From assembly GCA_963845665.1 (NCBI GenBank), contig CAWJTA010000002.1, forward strand, positions 1,251,388-1,315,387: DNA of 64,000 nt, read 5' to 3'. Below the pieces are notes generated by a model that had not been told where the DNA came from, did no database searches, and saw nothing but the letters and a program-made list of their open reading frames with translations. This DNA is from an uncultured Verrucomicrobiae bacterium (GTDB lineage: Bacteria; Verrucomicrobiota; Verrucomicrobiia; Limisphaerales; UBA11358). Positions within the stretch are counted from its first letter, which is position 1. Every line of letters begins with the position of its first letter. Positions 20,015 to 28,361 of this stretch are shown here, piece after piece. Both the position numbers and the translations under genes were made by a program.

Positions 20015-20456
20015 GCCTAAAAATACCCCACATTTTGCGCCCAGGCAAAAGGGGCCGATTTATTGGTTCTTCATTGAGGCACAAGTTTCAAGCGACTGAT
20101 AATTAATGTTGATGACATGAATAAGTGAGTGCGATTCAATTGGGGTCCCCTTCCGGCGTCGCGGCCACTGAAATCAAACAGTGCGGATTTACCGACGACC
20201 ATGGGGTCAATTGGTTCCAGTGCCCGGACAACCGCTGCAGTCGAGCAACCAATGCAGGCAGGCAATCTCCCCATTGAGCCGCTCCAATAGCCCCTGTCTT
20301 TTATCCACTCCATTACATGTGACAAAGAGGCGGTAGAGACAGGGTCAATATGTGTTCGGAATGGCTGAGGATTTCTCCTTGCCATCCGGAGCAACCGGGT
20401 TACATTCCCGTTTGAAACAATCACCATTAGAGGAAAAGATTTAACTCCATATTTCT

Positions 20457-21173
20457 ATGAAAAAAATTCTACTCAGCGCGACAGCCATCATGGCGGGCTC
20501 GTTGCTTGCCGCCTATGCGGACCCCAAAGATGACGTGACAAGCGCCGCGCAAAAACTCGATTCCGGCTCGAATTATACCTGGCATGTCGCAGTGACTGTT
20601 CCAGCCAACTCCAACTCCCGGTTCAGGCCCGGTCCCACTGATGGCAAAATTCAAGGCAGCCTGATCCACGTGAAATCATCGTTCGGCGATAATCACTCGG
20701 AATTCATCAAGAATGGAACCAATGCCGTAATCACGGACCCCGACGACGGCACATGGGAAAAGCTCTCGGACGTAGACACCAGCGGCATGGGGCGTTTCAT
20801 GGTGATGCGAGTACAAAATTTCAAAGGTCCTGCGGCGCAGGCCTCGGACCTGGCTGCCGATACGCAGTCGCTCCAACAAAACGGCAACTCTTACACCGGC
20901 ACGCTGACGGAAGACGGTGCTAAAAAACTCCTCACATTCGGCCGCGGCCGCCGCGGCGGTGGTGGCGGAGGACCTTCCGTCAGCAATCCCGCAGGCACAG
21001 CAACATTTTGGATTGACGGCGGACAATTGACGAAATTTGAATATCACGTCACAGGCACCGTGTCGTTCAATGGCAACGACCGGCCCGTGGACAACGACAC
21101 GACCGTCACAATTTCGGACGTCGGCACAACAAAAATTGACGTTCCAGCGGACGCGAAGAAATTGTTGCCCTAA
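20457..21173 (+). CDS. Secreted hypothetical protein
   Basis: 238 aa with the signal peptide MKKILLSATAIMAGSLLAAYA and an internal GRGRRGGGGGG linker. Confidence 0.55.
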   Translation: MKKILLSATAIMAGSLLAAYADPKDDVTSAAQKLDSGSNYTWHVAVTVPANSNSRFRPGPTDGKIQGSLIHVKSSFGDNHSEFIKNGTNAVITDPDDGTWEKLSDVDTSGMGRFMVMRVQNFKGPAAQASDLAADTQSLQQNGNSYTGTLTEDGAKKLLTFGRGRRGGGGGGPSVSNPAGTATFWIDGGQLTKFEYHVTGTVSFNGNDRPVDNDTTVTISDVGTTKIDVPADAKKLLP

Positions 21174-21300
21174 ACAGGAATTGTCCGAATTTGGCACGAA
21201 CGTTTCAGGCGGGTAGCCACCCGCGAGGAGCGGCTAGTCTGTCTTCAATCATTTTCGCGACATGCGTTTGCTATGCGCAGATGACGCTCTTTCGGCCACG

Positions 21301-21340
21301 CCTCAACAGTTCAACTCTTCAATGCTTCAACGCCTGTTGC
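21301..21340. repeat. TTCAAC-rich repeat cluster (copy a)
   Basis: cctCAACagTTCAACtcTTCAAtgcTTCAACgcc, in the convergent intergenic region. Confidence 0.5.
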
Positions 21341-21344
21341 AGAC

Positions 21345-22010
21345 TCAGTTCTTCGCCCCTTCCCGCGACCAATGGATGGCGTGGAGCATGACTTCCGTGG
21401 AGCTTTTGAGCTGGAGCTTTTCCTTGATCCGGTTTCGGAAGGAATTCACGGTGGGAATGGTCACGTTCATTTCCTCGGCAATTTCCCGGACACCTTTGCC
21501 CATGCCGAGCATTTGAAAGACTTCGAGTTCACGGTCGCTCAATCGTTCCAATGGCGATGGCGGAACATCTTCGGAACCGCGCATGAATTTGCTGATGACT
21601 GAGCTGGCCATCTTTTCGCTCAGGTGCATGTCGCCGCCGAGGACTTTGCGAATGGCCGTTTTTACGGTTTTTGCCGGCTCCTGCTTCATCACGTATCCCA
21701 TCGCGCCCGCCCGCAGGGCGCGCTCGGCATAAAGGGATTCATCGTGCATGGAAACAACCAGGACCGGATAATCTTCGCTCTCGTTTTTGATGGCTTTAAT
21801 GAGGTCAATCCCGCTGGTCCCTCCCAGGGTAATGTCTACGACGACCAGATCCGGCTTAAGCTTGTGGATTTCGCGCATCGCGCCCTCGGCTTCAGCGGCG
21901 TCGCCGCATACCGTCAGATCGGGTTCGCGATCTATCAGCTGCCGCAATCCTTCCCGGAACATGGCATGGTCGTCCACAAGGAAGATCCGGCTTTTTTCTG
22001 GCTTGTTCAC
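21345..22010 (-). CDS. Response regulator, NarL/FixJ family (REC + LuxR HTH)
   Basis: REC motifs are IFLVDDH and DLVVVDITLG. The HTH region is LSDRELEVFQMLGMGKGVREIAEEMNVTIPTVNSFRNRIKEKL. I place the start at GTG 22010, which overlaps the kinase stop as GTGA; the track's longer ORF starts at 22076. Confidence 0.85.
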   Translation of the reverse strand: MNKPEKSRIFLVDDHAMFREGLRQLIDREPDLTVCGDAAEAEGAMREIHKLKPDLVVVDITLGGTSGIDLIKAIKNESEDYPVLVVSMHDESLYAERALRAGAMGYVMKQEPAKTVKTAIRKVLGGDMHLSEKMASSVISKFMRGSEDVPPSPLERLSDRELEVFQMLGMGKGVREIAEEMNVTIPTVNSFRNRIKEKLQLKSSTEVMLHAIHWSREGAKN

Positions 22011-24490
22011 GATGACAATATAACCGCTTGCTTTTCTTTTTGCGCCGGTTCCGGGATTGCCGGATAGAAGACGCAAGTTATACGCGTGCCATTGCCCGGC
22101 GCACTTTTCAAGTCTAAAGTGGCGCCAATCGTTCTGGCGCGATACTGCATGATCCGTACTCCCATGCCTTTGGAACTGCCATTGCCCGGGTCAAAACCGG
22201 CCCCATTGTCCTGTATGCTCAATTCATAACGGCCTCCCGTATGTTTCAATGAAAGAGTCACATGCGCCGCCTTGCCATGTTTGACCGCGTTTAATACAGC
22301 TTCCTGTGCGATGTAATACAGATGCGCGGCCACTCCATTTTCGAGCGCGGGCGCCGGCCCATCGCCCGCAAAGTCGCATTTGATCTTGAACAGGTTCGTC
22401 GCATTGGCGGCCAGGTCTTCCAGCGCCAGCACCAGGCCGCTTTCCTCCAAATGAACGGGAAAAAGGCCGCGCGCGACACTGCGCGTCTGAGTAATGGCCT
22501 CGTTCACCAGGACGCCAATCCGTTCCGCTTCCGGAGCTTCGGAGACATGTTTTTCCTGGAGTTGATCGGCGAGGATGTCCACTCGATAGGCGATGCCGGC
22601 CAATTGCTGGCAAACTCCGTCGTGAAGGTCATGACCGATGCGTTGCTGTTCGCGATTGCTGATTTCAAGAATCTCTCGCTCCAGACGTTTGCGCTCGGTG
22701 ATATTGCGCGCGATACCCTCAACCTCCACGGCCTCGCCTTCCTTTTCCACGATGCGCGCGCCAATTTCCAGTTTCATCCGATGCCCCGGTCCGTCTGTAA
22801 AATCCCATTCAGCCGGAGTCAGCGATACGTCGGGACGCTCGACGACTTGTTCGAACCAGCGCTCAGCCGCGTCGCGCTGTTCCTCGGCGATAAATTCAAA
22901 CAGCTTTTTTCCGGCAATCTCGTCGCGCCGCCGGTGCAGCAGTTGTTCGCCGGCACGGTTGAGCGAAGTAATCCGGCCGGCAAAGTCGCAGGTAAAAACC
23001 ATGTCGTTGGCGTTCTCAAAAAGATTTTCGTAACGTTCCTTTAATGCGGCCTCGACCTGGAGCTTTTCCCGGATGATGCGGGTTTGCTTTTGGACGCGGC
23101 GGCGCAGGATCACCACCCATGCAAATGCGCCCAACACGATCACACCCAAAAGGCCCAGGGCCCACAGCAATTTTTGGAGATTCCACCACGGCGGCCATTG
23201 AAGAACGAAAACGTCCCCCGCCGAGCGCATCAGGATTCGAAACGACTTTGCGCGCCAGGCCTGGCCAGCTTGCCAGGAATTCCCTGTTTCGATTAGGCAA
23301 ACGCCCGTGATCGCCACTTTGGTGCCGTTTTCCAGATAGGCAAAGTCTGTGCCGACGTTTTTTCTCTCGAGATAGGCGTGGAAAATGAAACCACTCGGCG
23401 TTTGCAGCACCAGAAATTGTTCACGGCTGTGGCGCGCGCGATCCAGGATTGTGGCCTCAATGCGCACCAACTGGCAATCGTAAGTGCCTTTGAGCGCTTC
23501 GTCGGTGCCAATGGAAACCGGTTCCGGCTTCGTCCCGGTACCAAGTTTGCGAAAAATCGCGTCCTGCAGCATGGGGGTGTATTCGCCCTTGGCGGGGAAC
23601 CCCAGGACTTCCACCACGTCGCCCGGAAGCAACGGGCCAGCCTGCCTGGTTTCGACATAAAGGCCCTCGGTTTGGTCTTCGATATAGAGAACATCGTCGT
23701 CCTGGCGATAAATGACTGTGCCGCTGACTTTCACACGATGGCCGTAGGGGCCCTGTGGAGTAAATTGCAGAAGCCTTTCAATGGGCAGCGTGGGGGCGTC
23801 GAAGGGATTCCCGGGCGCGGCGGTTTGGATGACCAAATCAGACGTGTGCGGCACCAGAAGGCGAATGTCAAACAATTGACGCTGATGGTTGAACTCCGTG
23901 ACGCAAACACCGCGGACGGCAACGGTGCTGTCTACAAGATCGCTGGGCCGGCCCACAGGCAATTGTTTGGCGTAGGCGGTAACTCGTCCCCCGCCGGTGG
24001 CGATGTCCACCAAAAAGAAACCGCTGGTGTTGTCGAATTGGGCTGCGCGGACCGTGCCCTGGACTTCGACAAACTGGCTGTCTTCCTGCCCGCTGGCAAT
24101 TTGCTCAAACGAAACAGCCCGCGCCTGGGGAAACGTCCCGGAACCGAAAATCTGAACGCTTCGGGCCATGACGACCGGTGCAAATTCGCCGGGATCAGCC
24201 TCGCCCTGAATTTCTATGGATTGGCCCGCAGCCAGCGGTGGACCTCCAGCGGATGGATCCAGGCGAAAATAAATGCCCGCCGATTGATCCTGGACAAAGT
24301 AGTAGTAATTTTTCGGATCGCAAAATGTGACTACGCCGCGCAAACGGACGGGGTAATGAAGAGCTGCCTGGGTCTGGGTGAGTTGCCGGACTTCTTCCGC
24401 CGTCGTGAGCTCATCGGTCACGTTGTTTTGCCCCATCGCCGTCGAACATAAGAGAACGAGAAAGACGAGGATGCGGGTGACCCGGCACAT
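22007..24490 (-). CDS. Sensor histidine kinase: large periplasmic domain, TM, PAS, HisKA_3, HATPase
   Basis: 827 aa with a signal/TM at the N-terminus and a second TM (LLWALGLLGVIVLGAFAWVVIL). The PAS-like segment contains NDMVFTCDFAGRI, the H-box is RIGHDLHDGVCQQL, and the ATPase G-boxes include DNGAGF. Confidence 0.85.
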   Translation of the reverse strand: MCRVTRILVFLVLLCSTAMGQNNVTDELTTAEEVRQLTQTQAALHYPVRLRGVVTFCDPKNYYYFVQDQSAGIYFRLDPSAGGPPLAAGQSIEIQGEADPGEFAPVVMARSVQIFGSGTFPQARAVSFEQIASGQEDSQFVEVQGTVRAAQFDNTSGFFLVDIATGGGRVTAYAKQLPVGRPSDLVDSTVAVRGVCVTEFNHQRQLFDIRLLVPHTSDLVIQTAAPGNPFDAPTLPIERLLQFTPQGPYGHRVKVSGTVIYRQDDDVLYIEDQTEGLYVETRQAGPLLPGDVVEVLGFPAKGEYTPMLQDAIFRKLGTGTKPEPVSIGTDEALKGTYDCQLVRIEATILDRARHSREQFLVLQTPSGFIFHAYLERKNVGTDFAYLENGTKVAITGVCLIETGNSWQAGQAWRAKSFRILMRSAGDVFVLQWPPWWNLQKLLWALGLLGVIVLGAFAWVVILRRRVQKQTRIIREKLQVEAALKERYENLFENANDMVFTCDFAGRITSLNRAGEQLLHRRRDEIAGKKLFEFIAEEQRDAAERWFEQVVERPDVSLTPAEWDFTDGPGHRMKLEIGARIVEKEGEAVEVEGIARNITERKRLEREILEISNREQQRIGHDLHDGVCQQLAGIAYRVDILADQLQEKHVSEAPEAERIGVLVNEAITQTRSVARGLFPVHLEESGLVLALEDLAANATNLFKIKCDFAGDGPAPALENGVAAHLYYIAQEAVLNAVKHGKAAHVTLSLKHTGGRYELSIQDNGAGFDPGNGSSKGMGVRIMQYRARTIGATLDLKSAPGNGTRITCVFYPAIPEPAQKEKQAVILSS

Positions 24491-24496
24491 AGGACT

Positions 24497-25312
24497 TCAA
24501 TCAGTGTTGCTGTAAACGCGGACGTAGTCCACCTGCATTTCACCGGGAAAAACGGTGTTTGTATTCGGATTGCCACCGTAGATGCCGCCAACGGCAAGAT
24601 TCATGATGATATAAAACGGCTGGTCAAAAGGGGCGGGATAAGGTGCGTTGGCCGTGGACCAATTCGTTTGGGTTTGGTACAAGCTGTTATCCACGAACCA
24701 GCTGATGGAATTGGTCGTCCATTCCAGGGAGTATGTGTGAAATTTGTCCGCTCCGTTTCCCGGCGCAAATGTGTAAATGTCGGTGGATTGAAGGTGCGAG
24801 CCATCGGTGCTGGAATAATGAATCGTTCCCTGGACCACGGCCGGGTAATTGCCCTTGTTTTCGACGATGTCAATTTCTCCACATTCGGGCCAGCCACCAT
24901 AGACTGAATCCTTGGGCATGAGCCAAAGGGCCGGCCAGTAGCCTTTGCCGTGCGGAAATTTGGCGCGAAATTCGAAACGCCCGTATTTTTGTGAAAACAA
25001 TCCTGCGCTCTTCATCCGCGCCGAAGTGTAGGCGCAACCGTTGGTCGTTTCGCACCGCGCGGTGATGTGCAGGACGCCATTGCTCACACAGGCATTTTCC
25101 GAACGGTCCGTGTAGAATTCCAGTTCGTTGTTTCCCCAGCCGTAGTGATTGCCGGTCTCAAATACCCAATGATTGGTATCAATCGCTGCGCCGTTAAATT
25201 CGTCATCCCATACCAGGTTCCAACCGGCCCGGGCATGGTTCGGCGCCAATGCAATGGTCACCGTGACGGCCACAACAATGGAAAACCAAAAGACTTCTGA
25301 ACCTCTCTTCAT
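24497..25312 (-). CDS. Glycoside hydrolase family 16 (beta-glucanase/laminarinase-type fold)
   Basis: WDDEFNG and the catalytic ECGEIDIVENKG (ExDxxE) motif. The start is set at MKRGSEVFWFSIVVAVTVTIALA (25312) rather than the track's 25447, which would overlap the upstream gene. Confidence 0.8.
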   Translation of the reverse strand: MKRGSEVFWFSIVVAVTVTIALAPNHARAGWNLVWDDEFNGAAIDTNHWVFETGNHYGWGNNELEFYTDRSENACVSNGVLHITARCETTNGCAYTSARMKSAGLFSQKYGRFEFRAKFPHGKGYWPALWLMPKDSVYGGWPECGEIDIVENKGNYPAVVQGTIHYSSTDGSHLQSTDIYTFAPGNGADKFHTYSLEWTTNSISWFVDNSLYQTQTNWSTANAPYPAPFDQPFYIIMNLAVGGIYGGNPNTNTVFPGEMQVDYVRVYSNTD

Positions 25313-25356
25313 CGCTTCGAATGTTAAACGCTCTGCCTGTTGTTGCCAACCTTGTT

Positions 25357-27309
25357 TCACGGCGATTCGAGTCGATAATAAACTGCCGCATTGCCGGAAG
25401 CAGGCCCGGTTACAAATGGATTGGTGGAACTTGTGACATCCGTCCAATTGGGCCCGAGGCTATTCGTCTGACTTTGCAAATGGCAAACGATGTTTGTGGG
25501 CCATGACAATACTATTTTGCCATTGGCTCGCGCCGCGGAAATCTGAAGCGGGCCAGTTTGATTATAGACACGAACATAATCCACCAGCATTTGGCCGGGC
25601 AAACTGGTGTTAATGACGTTTGTCGGGGGATTGCCAAGGTACTGCCCGCCGATGGCCACGTTCATCAGGATGTAAAAAGGCTCATTGAATGGCGCAGGAA
25701 ATGGATAAGTACTGGTGCTGGTCCCGACATTGCTCCACCAATTCGTTTGAGTTTCGTAACGGTGGCCATCCACGTACCAACTGATGGCATTGGTGGACCA
25801 TTCAAGAAGATAAACGTGAAAATTCGTTACCGAATCCGAACCCGGAAACGTGTAAGTCTGGCCGGAATAAGTGTCGTTTCCACTTGCGCCGCCGTAGTGG
25901 ATCGTACCCCCTTCCTGATTGGTAACGCTGCCATTGTTCTCCGTGACGTCAATCTCTCCTGAGTTGGGCCAGCCGCCGTATGGGGAATTTTCCGGCAGCA
26001 TCCAGAGCGCGGGCCAAAAACCGGTGCCCCATGGCAACTGCGCCCGCCATTCAATGCGTCCATAGGTGGTGTAGTAAAGACCTATGCTCTTTATGCGGCC
26101 GGAAGTGTAAAAAAAGCCGTTGGTCGGTTGCTTCAAAGCCGCAATATGAAGATAGCCATTGGCCACGAAAACATTTTGCGTGTCGCTCGTATAATATTCA
26201 TCTTCGTTGTTGCCCCAGCCCGGAACATAATTACCGCCCGATTCAAAGCCATTGCCAATGTCATAGGTCCAGTTGTTCGTGTTAACAGAAGTGCCGTTGA
26301 ACTCATCGCTCCAGACGATGTTCCAATTCGGGCCGAACGGCGTGGCATTGGCCTGGTTCAGGGTCAGGTCGTCAAAATACATCGACCCGCCGGAATTATA
26401 TTGGTCCCCCTGAAACATAAGTTGATAACGCACAAAGGACGTGCCCGTCGGCGCTATGAGGCTGCTGACAGTGTTGGTGATGACGAGGGCATTGGGATTG
26501 TATTGGTTTGTCACCCGAAGATCCACCCAGGTGTTTTCGGGAAAAGCGCCATTGGCAATAGCATTGGTCGTGACAATAGCCGAACGATAAAGCGACAGGA
26601 TATTTCCCGAGGCATCACGAAACGAAACCTCAACCCATGCCTGGTTTTGGCCCGCCAATACGTCGCTGGAAAGTGTATAGGCCCAGCCATCCGCAGAATA
26701 AATCGCCCCCGGTCCGGATGCAGTGTCCTGGTAAACGCCGTTCTTATTGGTCTGGCTATTGAAAGCCTGGTATACCTTGAAGTAATAACTGCCACTGTGG
26801 GCGATGGCCGAACTGTTCAAAACATAAGTGTTGGCGCCATAGGTGGTCCACCCGCCCAAATTGCCCAGCTCGAAACCGGGATTGACAAGAACGTCGGCGG
26901 CCTCAATTTGCCCGGCGAATAATGGGCTTAGAGCGAAAATCGCAGCCCCGAACCGTGCGGCGCATGCACAGGCGCGCCAGCGTTTTGGCGTGACGTGGCG
27001 GAGCCCAGCGACGACACCGTTTTTGGGTCGTCGGCGCCCGTCCAAAACCGCTAAATGAGCGACACGAAGGAAAACTGCGCGAATAATCCGGCCTGGTCGC
27101 GCAACAATAGACAGTAGTTGCACACGAAGCGCTTGAAATGGGCGAATCCAGGAAAATTTGTCCCTGCAGGAGCGTTGGAAACCACGGACCAACATGACCG
27201 TAATATATGGCAAAAATCCCAAAGTCACAAATTGGCCGATCTTTTCGTCCGACGTCATCCGTGCCGGCAACGCTTGCCTGTCGATTTTTGGGGCTGAAAG
27301 CATTCTCAC
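25357..27309 (-). CDS. Secreted GH16 enzyme with N-terminal CBM4_9-like jelly-roll and C-terminal (Y)YRL module
   Basis: CBM-like NPGFELGNLGGWTTYG, then WSDEFNG ... SGEIDVTENNG. The signal-like segment (CACAARFGAAIFALSPLFAGQIEAA) begins about 110 codons after the first ATG. The start is therefore uncertain; candidates are ATG 27309/27195 or TTG 27045. Confidence 0.8.
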   Translation of the reverse strand: MRMLSAPKIDRQALPARMTSDEKIGQFVTLGFLPYITVMLVRGFQRSCRDKFSWIRPFQALRVQLLSIVARPGRIIRAVFLRVAHLAVLDGRRRPKNGVVAGLRHVTPKRWRACACAARFGAAIFALSPLFAGQIEAADVLVNPGFELGNLGGWTTYGANTYVLNSSAIAHSGSYYFKVYQAFNSQTNKNGVYQDTASGPGAIYSADGWAYTLSSDVLAGQNQAWVEVSFRDASGNILSLYRSAIVTTNAIANGAFPENTWVDLRVTNQYNPNALVITNTVSSLIAPTGTSFVRYQLMFQGDQYNSGGSMYFDDLTLNQANATPFGPNWNIVWSDEFNGTSVNTNNWTYDIGNGFESGGNYVPGWGNNEDEYYTSDTQNVFVANGYLHIAALKQPTNGFFYTSGRIKSIGLYYTTYGRIEWRAQLPWGTGFWPALWMLPENSPYGGWPNSGEIDVTENNGSVTNQEGGTIHYGGASGNDTYSGQTYTFPGSDSVTNFHVYLLEWSTNAISWYVDGHRYETQTNWWSNVGTSTSTYPFPAPFNEPFYILMNVAIGGQYLGNPPTNVINTSLPGQMLVDYVRVYNQTGPLQISAARANGKIVLSWPTNIVCHLQSQTNSLGPNWTDVTSSTNPFVTGPASGNAAVYYRLESP

Positions 27310-27322
27310 TACGGCAGTTGTT

Positions 27323-28228
27323 TCACTTCGTCGGCGCCGTAGTCACGGAAATGAACCACGCCAAATCTCCCGTCCCGGGTTGGGCCAGCACATTGTCCGT
27401 GTTACCGCCGGGAGATGTCGGCATTTCACTGATCATTGCACCATCTGTCCACCTCCTGAGCGCCGAATGCCCATCACCATACGATAATACGCTGCTATGG
27501 CCATGCAAAACGGCCGGGCTATTGTACCACTCGGTGGGTGTGTTGGGATTTACCGCAAAGAAACCGTCGTCTATGCTGTAGGGATTCTCTTCAACAAAAA
27601 CCCACGTCTGGGCGGGTCCGGGGTTCCTCATATTCGATTGCTTCGTGTAGTATGCCCAGCCTGTTATCCCATTCCATGTCGCCGTGTTATAGCCTGGCGC
27701 ATCCATCGGCTGCACCCAGCAATTCATTGAATAGGTACGCAGGGCTGGAGCTGTGAACGCTCCACCGGTGCGGGGAACGAAGGTGTGGTCACCCGGGCAT
27801 TTGTAAACGCTGATGTTATTGATGTATGGATAGAGGAGGCCCGCCTCTATCCACAAACTGTATATGGAGCCGCCCAGATACTTGCTGCCCGGCGTAAGAT
27901 CCGCCGCATTCAACAAAGTGCCGGGACACCAGGTGGCATTTGCGCCGCCAGGCTGGAGATAGGTCTCAAGCAGAGGATTGCCTGAGTAATTGACGCCGGT
28001 GGCGCCATTAAGACCGCGGTTGGGCACTAGATAGTCATTGTTGTCACCGGCATACATAATCCACGCCCCCACCAGCTGCTTTTCATTGGCCAAACATTGC
28101 GTGGCAAGGGCTTTCTTTTGTGCGGCGGCCAGCACCGGCAACAGTATCGACGCCAGGATCGCAATAATCGCAATGACAACAAGCAGCTCAATTAATGTAA
28201 AGCCCGCCAGAAAAGCTCGATTTGACAT
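27323..28228 (-). CDS. Prepilin-type N-terminal cleavage/methylation domain protein of the H-X9-DG (DUF1559-like) class
   Basis: N-terminus MSNRAFLAGFTLIELLVVIAIIAILASILLP and C-terminal HGHSSVLSYGDGH (H-x9-DG). The start is set at 28228; the track ORF extends to 28333. Confidence 0.85.
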   Translation of the reverse strand: MSNRAFLAGFTLIELLVVIAIIAILASILLPVLAAAQKKALATQCLANEKQLVGAWIMYAGDNNDYLVPNRGLNGATGVNYSGNPLLETYLQPGGANATWCPGTLLNAADLTPGSKYLGGSIYSLWIEAGLLYPYINNISVYKCPGDHTFVPRTGGAFTAPALRTYSMNCWVQPMDAPGYNTATWNGITGWAYYTKQSNMRNPGPAQTWVFVEENPYSIDDGFFAVNPNTPTEWYNSPAVLHGHSSVLSYGDGHSALRRWTDGAMISEMPTSPGGNTDNVLAQPGTGDLAWFISVTTAPTK

Positions 28229-28361
28229 TATGCAGTAATCGCGCAGTCTCCCATCGGCCCCTTCTTTGTTCACTCGACGTATGTGCATATAGCTGGTTTT
28301 ACCTTTCCTTGACGGCCGACGCCGGTCTAACACCAGCGCAACCGTCTCTTGCTCGACCTAT

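Noticed and set aside
20051-20420. Possible tmRNA, because the region starts GGGGCCGATTTATTGG, which resembles the tmRNA 5' end
   Set aside because: There is no matching 3' acceptor strand (…CGGCCCCACCA). The only T-arm-like hairpin (CGGG-TTACATT-CCCG) lacks the conserved TTCRA loop, and no tag-peptide reading frame ending in a stop with the usual ANDENYALAA-like tail was seen.
20071-20427. 118-aa minus-strand ORF in the 442-bp gap between 20014 and 20457
   Set aside because: I see no family resemblance, no signal or TM features, and no convincing ribosome-binding site. It is left unannotated and may simply be a promoter region.
27045-27309. The ~90-110-aa N-terminal extension of the CBM-GH16 protein as a real domain
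   Set aside because: The segment is Arg-rich, has no recognisable fold and precedes a typical signal-peptide-like stretch. More likely the true start is an internal non-ATG codon (TTG 27045). The feature is kept at the maximal ORF with the start flagged as uncertain.
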